From assembly GCA_963665295.1 (NCBI GenBank), contig OY762209.1, positions 4,736,001 to 4,800,000 on the forward strand: a DNA stretch of 64,000 nt, in the 5' to 3' direction. The position numbers and the translations under genes were made by a program. The notes under the pieces were generated by a model. It was not told the DNA's origin. It made no database searches and worked only from the letters and a program-made list of their open reading frames with translations. This document shows positions 1 to 8,469 of the stretch, piece after piece. Source of the DNA: Syntrophorhabdaceae bacterium. Its GTDB lineage: Bacteria > Desulfobacterota > Syntrophorhabdia > Syntrophorhabdales > Syntrophorhabdaceae. The stretch's first letter is position 1; the number at the start of each line of letters is the position of its first letter.

Positions 1-1395
1 TGCGTTGATAATGCCCCACTTGTCGATGCCGAAGCAGGTGTCCGAGTGTTCACCTGTGACCGTAAAACACCCGGAAGGAGTTCCTCGACGGTCGGGTCTG
101 TCCTTTCCCGGACCCCAGAGAAACCGACAGAACAGGCCCAGACTCCGGCCCAGGTTCAAAATTGTTCCGTCATGAAGGGGGTAATCCTTCCCGGGGGTGA
201 TTCTCTTGCCGTTGCCGTTAAGAAATGTTCCGTTTCTGCTCCCCAGCCCGTCCGTTCCCGTGTCCCTTACGAAGAATTCTCCAAGCCTGTTGACCTTGAT
301 GACGGCGTGAGCATTGCTGATATATTCTATCTCAGGGATTGCTATATCGTTCGATTCCCCTGCACCGATCCATATGTTCTCTTTCGAGAAAAGGAACACC
401 TTTCTGGTCATTCCGTGGCGGACTATGCGAAGGGTACAGGAGTCAAATCTCCCATGGCAGGTCTTCTCTTTCTTGCGCGCTTTCTCCATGCCCGGTCTAC
501 CGAGCATCTCCCTGATCTTTTCGATAAAATGGAGAGATTCCTCGTGATCCGGGTCCTCCTGCCTCACGTGCATAAACCTCTCCCGCGCTTTTGAAAGAAG
601 GTCGAGTCCCCCCAGGGGCACTTCATTATCACCGCTCTTCCGGTCCCGCACTGCCTCGATGAGGTCCCTGCCCTCTTCGAAGAATCTCCCGCCCTCCGTC
701 ATCAGGCGTCCTATGAGCATTTCTCTCCGTATCCGCCTGGTCTCCATGTCGTTATAGAGCGGTTCCAGCATTATCATCCGTGGCTCTTCATTGCGAAGGG
801 CATCGGCGGTCCGTGGTTTGCTCGCACCGAGGGATACGGCGGCCGTGCTGAAGATGTCTCCTATATTGTAGGTGGTATGTGTTTCTCCTTCTTCCGCTTC
901 GTCAACGGTGAAGACGAAATCCTCCGTGTCAAAGACGGTGGGATTGCCCTTTATGTCGTGAAAGAGAACGGTCAGCCTGCCCGCATGCCTCCCTGCCGTT
1001 TCGGGCTTGAACGTAAAATACATCCTCGTCTTCTTTTCGATCCGGGGTAACGCATCCCTTTCGATCACAAGGTCCAGGCTCGGGACCTTCACCTTGACGG
1101 ACAGGTTCTTCAGTTCCTCCCCGGGCACAAGATCGATTTCGAGGGTATTGCTCCTCTTTTGCCTGTAAGCCTCCTCTTTCCAGTATATCTCGAAGGGCGA
1201 ATCCGGGACAGTCCCGGGTACGGGGTCATCAGGAACGGACTCCACATCCGCCCTGGTTTCCTGTCTCTCCTCACGCCCGGGAGACCCGCTTCTCCCCGCC
1301 GGTATCTCTTCGGGAAAAGCGCTGTTGCAAAGAGGACAAAACTTATAGATGTACTTGAACCCGCTCAGGTCCCGGCGACACGTTGGGCACTCCAT
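1..1395 (-). CDS. Zinc-ribbon + FHA-domain protein, 3'-truncated by the window edge (>=465 aa; not in ORF track)
   Basis: Hand translation: ATG at 1395 after SD GCAGGAG, frame open to base 1. Begins MECPTCRRDLSGFKYIYKFCPLC (CxxC..CxxC). Late segment IWIGAGESNDIAIPEIEYISNAHAVI..GSRNGTFLNG..LHDGTILNLG matches the FHA pattern. Confidence 0.85.
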   Translation of the reverse strand, partial: MECPTCRRDLSGFKYIYKFCPLCNSAFPEEIPAGRSGSPGREERQETRADVESVPDDPVPGTVPDSPFEIYWKEEAYRQKRSNTLEIDLVPGEELKNLSVKVKVPSLDLVIERDALPRIEKKTRMYFTFKPETAGRHAGRLTVLFHDIKGNPTVFDTEDFVFTVDEAEEGETHTTYNIGDIFSTAAVSLGASKPRTADALRNEEPRMIMLEPLYNDMETRRIRREMLIGRLMTEGGRFFEEGRDLIEAVRDRKSGDNEVPLGGLDLLSKARERFMHVRQEDPDHEESLHFIEKIREMLGRPGMEKARKKEKTCHGRFDSCTLRIVRHGMTRKVFLFSKENIWIGAGESNDIAIPEIEYISNAHAVIKVNRLGEFFVRDTGTDGLGSRNGTFLNGNGKRITPGKDYPLHDGTILNLGRSLGLFCRFLWGPGKDRPDRRGTPSGCFTVTGEHSDTCFGIDKWGIINA

Positions 1396-1445
1396 TCTAT
1401 CTCCTGCAAGGTGTGATTTCTTACGATTATACCACACACTGCCCC

Positions 1446-2228
1446 TTATTTATCTCCACCTCGGTGAAGAATGATTCCACTCCCGCTCCTCCGCCACGAA
1501 GGCACCTTTCCGTTTATGAGCGGCAGACTTGATGCGGACTCCGTGCCGGCAGGGTTAATCAGGCGAAACGTGATGCCCACACTGCCCAGGAAGATTTTAT
1601 CGCCGTCACCGAGCACGGCCTTCCGGACCCTTTTCAGGTTTACCCGCGTTCCGTTGGTGCTCGACAGGTCTTCCAGAGTGACCCTCCCATATTCGACACG
1701 CAGTCGTGCGTGGCTGTCCGAAACCGTGTCATCCCATATCCTTATGTCGCACTCTTCCCCCCTCCCCATGAGGGCCCCTTTGTCCGTCAGAGGATAGACT
1801 CTTTCACCCTCCACAAGCTCCGCAACGGGGGTATCGCACTCTTCGCCTTTCACGGCCTTACCTCCCTCTCCATCGGGCATGGACGGCCCGGTATCGCGGG
1901 CCTCCCCGGATATCCTTTTTCCGATCACTTGATACGACACCCGGACAAGAAAGCCCTTCTTCTGGGTATCTCCCTTCTCGAACAGGACCTGTATCCCCCC
2001 ATCGCTTTGGTACCCCTTGTCCTGAATCCACGCATCTATCGATTCACCAAGCATCCTGCCCAGAGTATGGAGGAGGTCCCCATACTCGTCATACACGGAC
2101 TCATCCATCACCACCGTGTACGTGGGGGGGACAAGTTTGGTCCCGATAAAGTTGAGTTTGTTCTTTTCTATAGTCCTTCTGAGGCTGAGTTCAATCTCCA
2201 CCGGGTCAAGATTATAGCCCTTTTCCAT
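1446..2228 (-). CDS. FhaA-like protein (DUF3662-type N-terminal domain + FHA domain)
   Basis: N-terminus LDPVEIELSLRR..LVPPTYTVVM..GY resembles the FhaA N-domain. C-terminus LMGRGEECDIRIWDDTVSDSHARL..DLSSTNGTRVN..LGDGDKIFLG is a canonical FHA. Start moved to ATG 2228, which has a GGGGG SD. Confidence 0.85.
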   Translation of the reverse strand: MEKGYNLDPVEIELSLRRTIEKNKLNFIGTKLVPPTYTVVMDESVYDEYGDLLHTLGRMLGESIDAWIQDKGYQSDGGIQVLFEKGDTQKKGFLVRVSYQVIGKRISGEARDTGPSMPDGEGGKAVKGEECDTPVAELVEGERVYPLTDKGALMGRGEECDIRIWDDTVSDSHARLRVEYGRVTLEDLSSTNGTRVNLKRVRKAVLGDGDKIFLGSVGITFRLINPAGTESASSLPLINGKVPSWRRSGSGIILHRGGDK

Positions 2229-2500
2229 GAGACCCCCTGTATACCCATCTATCCATATATTAAAGACGGGAATTCGGATCGTTTTTTCTTTTTTTTCTGA
2301 AAAAATAAATAACCCTTTCCCACGGGCTCTTGATGAACGATCGCGGCAGAAACCGGGACCCCGGGAACGGTATATGCCTTGAAAGAATAAGGGCAAGAGG
2401 ACGACGCTTTTCCTCTTGCCCGAATGTCGGCGATCATGTTTTTCTGCCTTACCGGCAGGCCCTGCGTATAAAAGACCCGACCTCCCTGAAGCCGGCAGTC

Positions 2501-3310
2501 CTATCTCCCGTGTCCTCCGCCCCCTCCTCCTTCATGCTGACCCTGAGGCTGCATGTGTTGACCTTGGGGCTGCATGTGTTGACCTTGAGGTTGCATGTGC
2601 TGACCTTGAGGTTGCATGTGCTGACCTTGGGGCTGCTTGTGTTGACCTTGAGGTTGCATATGCTGGCCTTGAGGCTGCATATGCTGACCCTGAGGCTGCA
2701 TGTGCTGACCCTGGGGCTGTATGTGCTGACCCTGCGGGCCTCGTGGAGGCTGTCCCGGCGGCTGATGCCGCTGAACCTCCGGCCTCTGCCGATATTGCTC
2801 TTGTCTTTGATGCCTTAACTCCTGTCTCTGGGCTTGCGGTCGGGGACGATACCCCTCGACGCCCCAGGTCCTCTGTCTCTCCCAATGCCGGTTATTATGC
2901 CAAGTCCTCCAGTTGCGCTGAAGGTGCCCGTAAGGAATCCGTTCATACTGCCACCGGTGCCCATACCAGTCATGATTTCTGTAGTATCCTCTCCATCCCG
3001 GGTCCACATCATAATAGAAGCTTGGGACATTGCGGTAGTAAGCCCAGCCCCGGTCATAGTAGCGGGAGCGATACCAACGCCCCTCCCACGGACGCCACCA
3101 AAAACCATTCCAGAAGAACAGATCTACGTCCACGTCCGGAACAACATAAACATCAGGCGTATCCGGCATGACTATCACTTCCGGAGGCGCCGCGAACGCC
3201 ACAGGCGGCGGTAAGCCTACATTGACGCTCACGCTGACCTGCGCTCCCGCCGGAATGGAAAGACCGATCCCCAGCGCAAGCACCATCATTCCCAAAAATA
3301 GTCTTTTCAT
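2501..3310 (-). CDS. Secreted Trp/Tyr/Arg-rich protein with C-terminal Gln/His/Met heptad repeats
   Basis: Signal peptide MKRLFLGMMVLALGIGLSIPAGA, SD AAGGAGG, VSVSVNVGLPPP start, aromatic-rich core and repeat tail. Confidence 0.8.
   Translation of the reverse strand: MKRLFLGMMVLALGIGLSIPAGAQVSVSVNVGLPPPVAFAAPPEVIVMPDTPDVYVVPDVDVDLFFWNGFWWRPWEGRWYRSRYYDRGWAYYRNVPSFYYDVDPGWRGYYRNHDWYGHRWQYERIPYGHLQRNWRTWHNNRHWERQRTWGVEGYRPRPQAQRQELRHQRQEQYRQRPEVQRHQPPGQPPRGPQGQHIQPQGQHMQPQGQHMQPQGQHMQPQGQHKQPQGQHMQPQGQHMQPQGQHMQPQGQHMQPQGQHEGGGGGGHGR
2534..2737 (-). repeat. 21-nt coding tandem repeat, ~10 units encoding PQGQH(M/I/K)Q
   Basis: Directly visible gctgcatgtgctgacc(c/t)tg(a/g)g units with synonymous variation; 10 PQGQH copies in the protein. 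Confidence 0.95.
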
Positions 3311-3392
3311 ATTGTTGCCTCCTTATTGTCCTCACTCCAGCCGGATACACAGCAACACGCGTGGTTTCTCCGACGCATACCCGCCTGTTCCC

Positions 3393-3422
3393 AATGTAAC
3401 GCATCATCGGCAAAGGTGTCAA
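3393..3422 (-). promoter_or_regulatory. Putative sigma70 promoter for the repeat protein
   Basis: Minus strand TTGACA-N18-TACATT. Confidence 0.45.
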
Positions 3423-3590
3423 CGCCGAATGAGACCGGCCCCTTATTATATGCAGACGCCAATGGACCTCCGTTTTCTCGGGCAAAGGAGGGGACAAACG
3501 CCATGACCGGCTGCGGCTGGATTTGGGCTGTACACTTCCCCTTCGCTTTTTTTTCAAATCTGCTATAATATGGGTATCGCAAGGATGGTT

Positions 3591-3617
3591 TAAGATTCTT
3601 CGGAGCCTTGACGATAA
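3591..3617 (+). promoter_or_regulatory. Putative sigma28 (FliA) promoter
   Basis: TAAG-N15-GACGATAA versus consensus TAAA-N15-GCCGATAA, 35 nt upstream of ATG 3653. Confidence 0.55.
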
Positions 3618-3652
3618 AAGAACAGGGTTCAAATCCATTTGCGGGGGATAGT

Positions 3653-4108
3653 ATGAAAGTCACCAGAGAAGACATTATACGGATTGCGGCCTCACAGAAT
3701 ACTCCCAAGGACGGGAAGGCGGATGCAGCCAAGTTCGATGCGGCGCTTCGCGCTGCGTTCGAAGAGGAAAAGGCCTGCCATGCCTGTCCGGTGCAGACCG
3801 TCGCTGCCACTTCCGGGGCTCCCATGATCGACACTGCTTCCTTCCTCGCCATGGACACTTCACGGATCGTGGACGGCGCCGACCGGCTCCTCGGACTGCT
3901 TGAAGAGTTTCAGACCAAGCTGGCCAATACCGCCATCCCCCTTGGCGAACTCTCTCCTCTGGCCGAGAAAATAGGCAACGAGACGAACCTCCTCCAGTCC
4001 TCCCTCGACGTCCTCCCGGAGACGGACCCTCTCAAGGACATGCTCAACAGGGTGCTCATAACCTGTTCGGTGGAAACGGAGAAATTCAAACGGGGCGATT
4101 ACCTATAG
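3653..4108 (+). CDS. Conserved hypothetical helical protein, distantly FliX-like
   Basis: SD GGGGG then ATG 3653. The C-terminal helical region (RLLGLLEEF..DPLKDMLNRV..SVETEKF) is reminiscent of FliX by eye. Confidence 0.65.
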   Translation: MKVTREDIIRIAASQNTPKDGKADAAKFDAALRAAFEEEKACHACPVQTVAATSGAPMIDTASFLAMDTSRIVDGADRLLGLLEEFQTKLANTAIPLGELSPLAEKIGNETNLLQSSLDVLPETDPLKDMLNRVLITCSVETEKFKRGDYL

Positions 4109-4142
4109 CAGAGGACTCCCGCAAACCCATTAGATGGGGACA

Positions 4143-5321
4143 TCAACTCCCTTCAGCCGGGGCCGCACCCTGTCTCTTCGCGGACTTTCTCGGCTTCACC
4201 GCCATATTCCTGGTCAGATAACGCAGGTCCCCGGTAATATTCTTTCCTGTGATGATAAAGGGCGGCATTTGCGTCTTCTCCTTACCGGGGTTCGACGCGT
4301 CGTACTCCACCTTCAGGATGGTGAGACCTTCCCTTGCGCCCTTGTACCGGTCCAACTCGAAGTACTGGTTATCCCATAAGAAACAGAAGCGCTCCTTCTC
4401 GACGATATCCGTCTTTGGGTCTATCAGGTTCTTGAGCGTGAGGTATTCCTGCTCGACGATCAACTCTTCCTCTTCGATCCATCCTCCGGGCTGCCTCGTA
4501 GGCCTTCTTCTGAAAAGAAAATAGAGATACGCGCCGTGCTGTCCTCTCTTTCTGATGTGGACCTCTTCCGTCTTGCTCTTGGACCTGAGATGGATTTCCT
4601 CTATCTGTATCACCTGGTGGATGGGGAGCATGCCGTATTCGACGGAGGTCACTATATATTTCTCTTTCCTCTCAAGGGGGGCACGGATGCCGAGGAGTTG
4701 GGAGATGGTCTCGAAGGTCCGGGCAATCTTCCCCTTAAAGTCGGTCCGGTTGTCGATGATCTTGAAGTGGGGATGGCCGAGCCAGCTCTCCCTCGTCTTC
4801 TGGTCGATGAAGCGCGCCTCTTCCGGAGACTCGATCCTCGCAGTGTTATTCTCTCCCGTATAGTATTCCTCGGCCCCCTCCGCCGCGGTAACGAGGTGGA
4901 TAACGCCGTTATACCGGTCCCGTACGTTCACCTCACTCAGACCTTTACGCCTGAGCATCCCCCTGAAGTCTTCATGGGGGATAAAGGCCTTGATATCCAT
5001 TATGCCCCTGTCGAGGAGGATCACCTTCTTCCTGTCCGGAAAAATGGAGGCCACCGCCTTCTTGTAGGTCTCCTCGAAGGCGAGTTGCATGTCGAAAATG
5101 GTCTCCTCGAACATGACCACCTGTCTCGCCTTGTCCATCTTCCTCCTGTCTATGCCATTGTTGGTGATAAGGGTGGCTGTCTCGGGGATCACGAAAACCA
5201 TGAACCCGTGGTCGGAGAGTTTCTCGGTGAGATAGGCAAGGGACGAGCTTTTGCCCGAGCAGGGTCCGCCCGTGAGGACGATCATGTTTACCGGCTGTAT
5301 CAGTCTGGCGGTCGCTATCAT
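4143..5321 (-). CDS. NadR/TTD14-like P-loop NTPase (AAA_28) fused to a CYTH-like domain
   Basis: Walker A GGPCSGKS, PETAT, LLDRGIMD, VIHLVTAA and WLGHPH. C-terminal ERKEKY..VHIRKR..KERFCF..YFELD is CYTH-like. Confidence 0.85.
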   Translation of the reverse strand: MIATARLIQPVNMIVLTGGPCSGKSSSLAYLTEKLSDHGFMVFVIPETATLITNNGIDRRKMDKARQVVMFEETIFDMQLAFEETYKKAVASIFPDRKKVILLDRGIMDIKAFIPHEDFRGMLRRKGLSEVNVRDRYNGVIHLVTAAEGAEEYYTGENNTARIESPEEARFIDQKTRESWLGHPHFKIIDNRTDFKGKIARTFETISQLLGIRAPLERKEKYIVTSVEYGMLPIHQVIQIEEIHLRSKSKTEEVHIRKRGQHGAYLYFLFRRRPTRQPGGWIEEEELIVEQEYLTLKNLIDPKTDIVEKERFCFLWDNQYFELDRYKGAREGLTILKVEYDASNPGKEKTQMPPFIITGKNITGDLRYLTRNMAVKPRKSAKRQGAAPAEGS

Positions 5322-5601
5322 GGGTCTCTGCCTTCCCTCTCAGTCCTTTAGTACCACAAACAGGATGTCTTTTCAATGATGCAATTTCCGGTCTCTGCGA
5401 GGGACAAAGACGCTCCCCGACAAGTCGCCGTAACGGGAACGGATACTCCCGGTCGGGGGGGTCTGTACGAACAAGTGTAAATTGGTGTACAATATGCGGT
5501 CCTTACGCAGCATGGTCGGACCCGGCTGGAGAGACCCGCCGGGGTCCGCAGCAGGCAGGAACACAGTCTATGATACCTGCCGTCTTGAAAGGAGAATATA
5601 G

Positions 5602-7020
5602 GTGACGAAACCCACGGCTTCAACCGGAATAAGAGCTTCACGCAGGACATCCCCGGCGTGGCTTCTCGCTTTTCTGTTGCTCTTCGTCTTCACGTCCGGG
5701 CCCGGCGTCGCATCCCAGGATAGGGGGAAGAAGACGGAAGCGGACATAGAGGCGACCCTTTCCAGAATGGCGGAACTCTACAAGGCAAAAGATGTGGCGG
5801 GACTCATGACCATTACGGCGAAAGAAAAGGACGTGACGGTCGTCGGCATATTGGAAGAAGAACCTCTGGTCGGTTACGACCGGATCAGGGCAGGACTCGA
5901 AAGGACCTTCGCGGGGCTTACAGAGATCAAATCCATGGAGGTGAAACCCTACGCCGTCTCTGAATCGGGTGGCGTCGCCTGGCTTGCCGCGGACGTGCGT
6001 CTCATAGCCGTAACAAAGGGGAAGGGCGTGGACCTTCACGGGAACATGACGGCAGTCCTCAGGAAAATTTCAGGAAGATGGCTCTTCGCGCAGAGCCATT
6101 TCTCTTTTCCCCGGCAGGCCGAGGAAAAAGAAACTGTCTCGCTCGCTGTTCCTCCCGTCCTCGGCAGAGTACAGAAGAAGGTGACCACCATGCTCAACGT
6201 AATCGACGCGGAGCTTGCCCAGGCAGCCTCGGAGCTGTCAAAAACAGGCCTCACCGGTCCGGCTGCCCGTGGGGTCGTCCAGGACCTCTGCAAAAGGACC
6301 GCTCATGCCGTTGATTGTGCCGCAGTGGACGGGAAAGGCAGAATGGTGATCGTGGAGCCGAAGGGCTACGCGAAAGTTGAAGGCTCCGACATAAGCGCGC
6401 AGGAACAGGTGGTGCGGCTTCGGCAGACGGGTCAGCCGGTCTTGAGCGAAGTCTTCCTCACCGTCGAGGGTCTTGAGGCAGTGGATCTGGAACACCCGGT
6501 TTTTTCCCGGAAAAAGGAGTCTCTCGGTTCAGTGAGCGTGCTGATGAAGCCCGAATCGCTTCTTAAAAGGGCCATCCTTGCCGAGGCCCGAAAAACACCC
6601 TTCGAGGTATGGGTCATGCAGGCGAACGGACGCATCCTCTATAACCAGGAGTACAAAGAAATCGGCAAAATCCTTTTCACGGACGCCCTATACAAGCCAT
6701 ACCCCGAACTCCTCTCCCTGGGACGGCGGATCGCGAGCGAAAAGAACGGCCAGGGAGCCTACAGGTTTCCGGCCCCGGGTAGCGACAAACCCGTAACCAA
6801 GGTGGCCTTCTGGACCACTGTGAGCCTCCACGGCGCCCAATGGCGCATAGTGGCGAGCCGGGTACTCGACCCGGCGGGGGTGATAGCAGGGAAACCTTCC
6901 GAAAGGCAGGGCGGCCGCAGCACTCTCCGTGAAGGCGGGAAGGTCCCGCAAGTCTCATCGGCAGGGCCCATCGGAGGATTGCCTGCACCGAAGGGCGACA
7001 ACGAGGGAATACGGAAATAG
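5602..7020 (+). CDS. Secreted SnoaL/NTF2-like + Cache-domain protein
   Basis: N-terminal signal/hydrophobic segment. NTF2-like motif MTAVLRKISGRWLFAQSHFSFP. Cache-like region (GSDISAQEQV..PVLSEVFLTVEG..GRILYNQEYKEIGKILF..WRIV). Confidence 0.75.
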   Translation: MTKPTASTGIRASRRTSPAWLLAFLLLFVFTSGPGVASQDRGKKTEADIEATLSRMAELYKAKDVAGLMTITAKEKDVTVVGILEEEPLVGYDRIRAGLERTFAGLTEIKSMEVKPYAVSESGGVAWLAADVRLIAVTKGKGVDLHGNMTAVLRKISGRWLFAQSHFSFPRQAEEKETVSLAVPPVLGRVQKKVTTMLNVIDAELAQAASELSKTGLTGPAARGVVQDLCKRTAHAVDCAAVDGKGRMVIVEPKGYAKVEGSDISAQEQVVRLRQTGQPVLSEVFLTVEGLEAVDLEHPVFSRKKESLGSVSVLMKPESLLKRAILAEARKTPFEVWVMQANGRILYNQEYKEIGKILFTDALYKPYPELLSLGRRIASEKNGQGAYRFPAPGSDKPVTKVAFWTTVSLHGAQWRIVASRVLDPAGVIAGKPSERQGGRSTLREGGKVPQVSSAGPIGGLPAPKGDNEGIRK

Positions 7021-7034
7021 GAGACAGATTTCAT

Positions 7035-7469
7035 ATGGTGCAAAAGAGCGGGTATGAATGTAAGGAATGCGGATTCACCGTTCCCGCGGAACCGGACGAT
7101 CATTTCTACGTGACAAACGACTGCGGTGAACGCATCCCGTGCGAGGCCCACCGCGAGCACGAGGTCATCGCCCAAGTCCTGGGCATCGGTGAGGAGGCAC
7201 TGTGCGCCTGTTCCTGGAACCCTTTGGCGAGAGACGTCCCCGTGGACCTTCTCGAGGAGAGGATCGGCTACGAGTCGCAGTGCATCTGCTTCCATTGTTT
7301 TGCGGTATTCGGCCTTGACCTGAGGCGTGACATGAGAATCTGCCCTTCCTGCGGCTCTCAGGAAGTGAAGACCCGCCTGGAAACTGAGGGCCTGCCCTGC
7401 CCCCGGTGCAAGGAAGGAAGGATTGGACATCCTTCCGCCCGTGACGGCTCCGTGGGAGCGCATGGATGA
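7035..7469 (+). CDS. Multi-CxxC zinc-ribbon protein
   Basis: CKEC, CFHC, CPSC and CPRC motifs; SD AGGAG; lies in an operon-like run. Confidence 0.7.
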   Translation: MVQKSGYECKECGFTVPAEPDDHFYVTNDCGERIPCEAHREHEVIAQVLGIGEEALCACSWNPLARDVPVDLLEERIGYESQCICFHCFAVFGLDLRRDMRICPSCGSQEVKTRLETEGLPCPRCKEGRIGHPSARDGSVGAHG

Positions 7470-7492
7470 CATTGAATGAAGGTGATACTACC

Positions 7493-7984
7493 ATGGCAAT
7501 AGATTCAAAGGGATTTGAAAGACAGGGGACATCCTCGGAGGCGGTCTTTGAGGACGCGACGGTTTACCCTGTATCATTGCAGGCGCTCAGGTTCACGAGG
7601 GCCTGGACCACCCTCGGGTTTGTCCTGGTGGGAGCGATCACTTACCTGTCTCTCGCGCCCGCGCCCTCCTTTAGCGGCCCCTCTTTCCCTCACTCCGACA
7701 AGATGGGGCATATAGCTGCCTATGCGGCCATGATGATCTGGTTCGGCCAGGTGTCCCGCAAACGGGTTGTCTCGGTTCTCGTTGCCTGTGGTCTCGCCCT
7801 GCTGGGCGTGGCCCTTGAGTTCCTCCAGGATACAACCGGGTACAGGACCTTTGAATACCTGGATATGGCGGCCAACGCCACCGGTGTGACGATCGGCCTT
7901 TTTCTCTCCTGGACAAAACTCGGCACCTTGCTCCAGGGCTTTGAAAGCCTTTTTACCAAACCTTCAGACCGCAAGGGGACATAA
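7493..7984 (+). CDS. VanZ-like membrane protein
   Basis: DKMGHIAAYA, LEFLQ..GYRTFEYLDMAANATG motifs. Alternative start at 7466. Confidence 0.85.
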   Translation: MAIDSKGFERQGTSSEAVFEDATVYPVSLQALRFTRAWTTLGFVLVGAITYLSLAPAPSFSGPSFPHSDKMGHIAAYAAMMIWFGQVSRKRVVSVLVACGLALLGVALEFLQDTTGYRTFEYLDMAANATGVTIGLFLSWTKLGTLLQGFESLFTKPSDRKGT

Positions 7985-8031
7985 ACTCTTTCCCGCAGCG
8001 GTCCTCTCATGGTAAGATTCTTCCGTTCGCT

Positions 8032-8469
8032 ATGAAAACGGTAATCGCCGCAATTATTGTGAGAAACGGAAAAGTCCTCATCGGCAGAAGGAAGGGGGAC
8101 TCTTCCATGGCCCTGAAATGGGAGTTCCCGGGCGGCAAACCGGAACCCGGAGAGACGCACGAGGCATGTCTGAGGAGGGAACTCCTGGAGGAATTGGAGA
8201 TTGAAGCGGAAATAGGCAATTTCTACTGCTCCGGTACGTCCGTGTCCGATTCCCCGGAGGGTATCATGCTCCGTACATATGTCGCTTCATACTGTTCAGG
8301 CGATATCATGAGACTTCACGCCCATGAAGAGGTAAGATGGGTGACGCCCGTAGACCTCATGACCTATGATTTCCCCGAGGCCGACAGGCCTGTGATCCTG
8401 AAACTGATAAATGACTATGGGCGGCGGATCGAGAGACCGGTGATGCCCGTGATTGAGGAGAAACGATAA
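8032..8469 (+). CDS. MutT/NudG-type NUDIX hydrolase
   Basis: Nudix box WEFPGGKPEPGETHEACLRRELLEELEI and C-terminal FPEAD. Confidence 0.9.
   Translation: MKTVIAAIIVRNGKVLIGRRKGDSSMALKWEFPGGKPEPGETHEACLRRELLEELEIEAEIGNFYCSGTSVSDSPEGIMLRTYVASYCSGDIMRLHAHEEVRWVTPVDLMTYDFPEADRPVILKLINDYGRRIERPVMPVIEEKR

Noticed and set aside
46..594. 182-aa plus-strand ORF (and 1159..1416)
   Set aside because: Antisense shadow of the real minus-strand FHA gene 1..1395.
2330..3171. Plus-strand ORFs with LTLRLHV / DLEVACA repeats, and the repeat as a possible CRISPR array
   Set aside because: These are antisense readings of the coding 21-nt tandem repeat. Units are contiguous with no unique spacers, and no cas genes are present.
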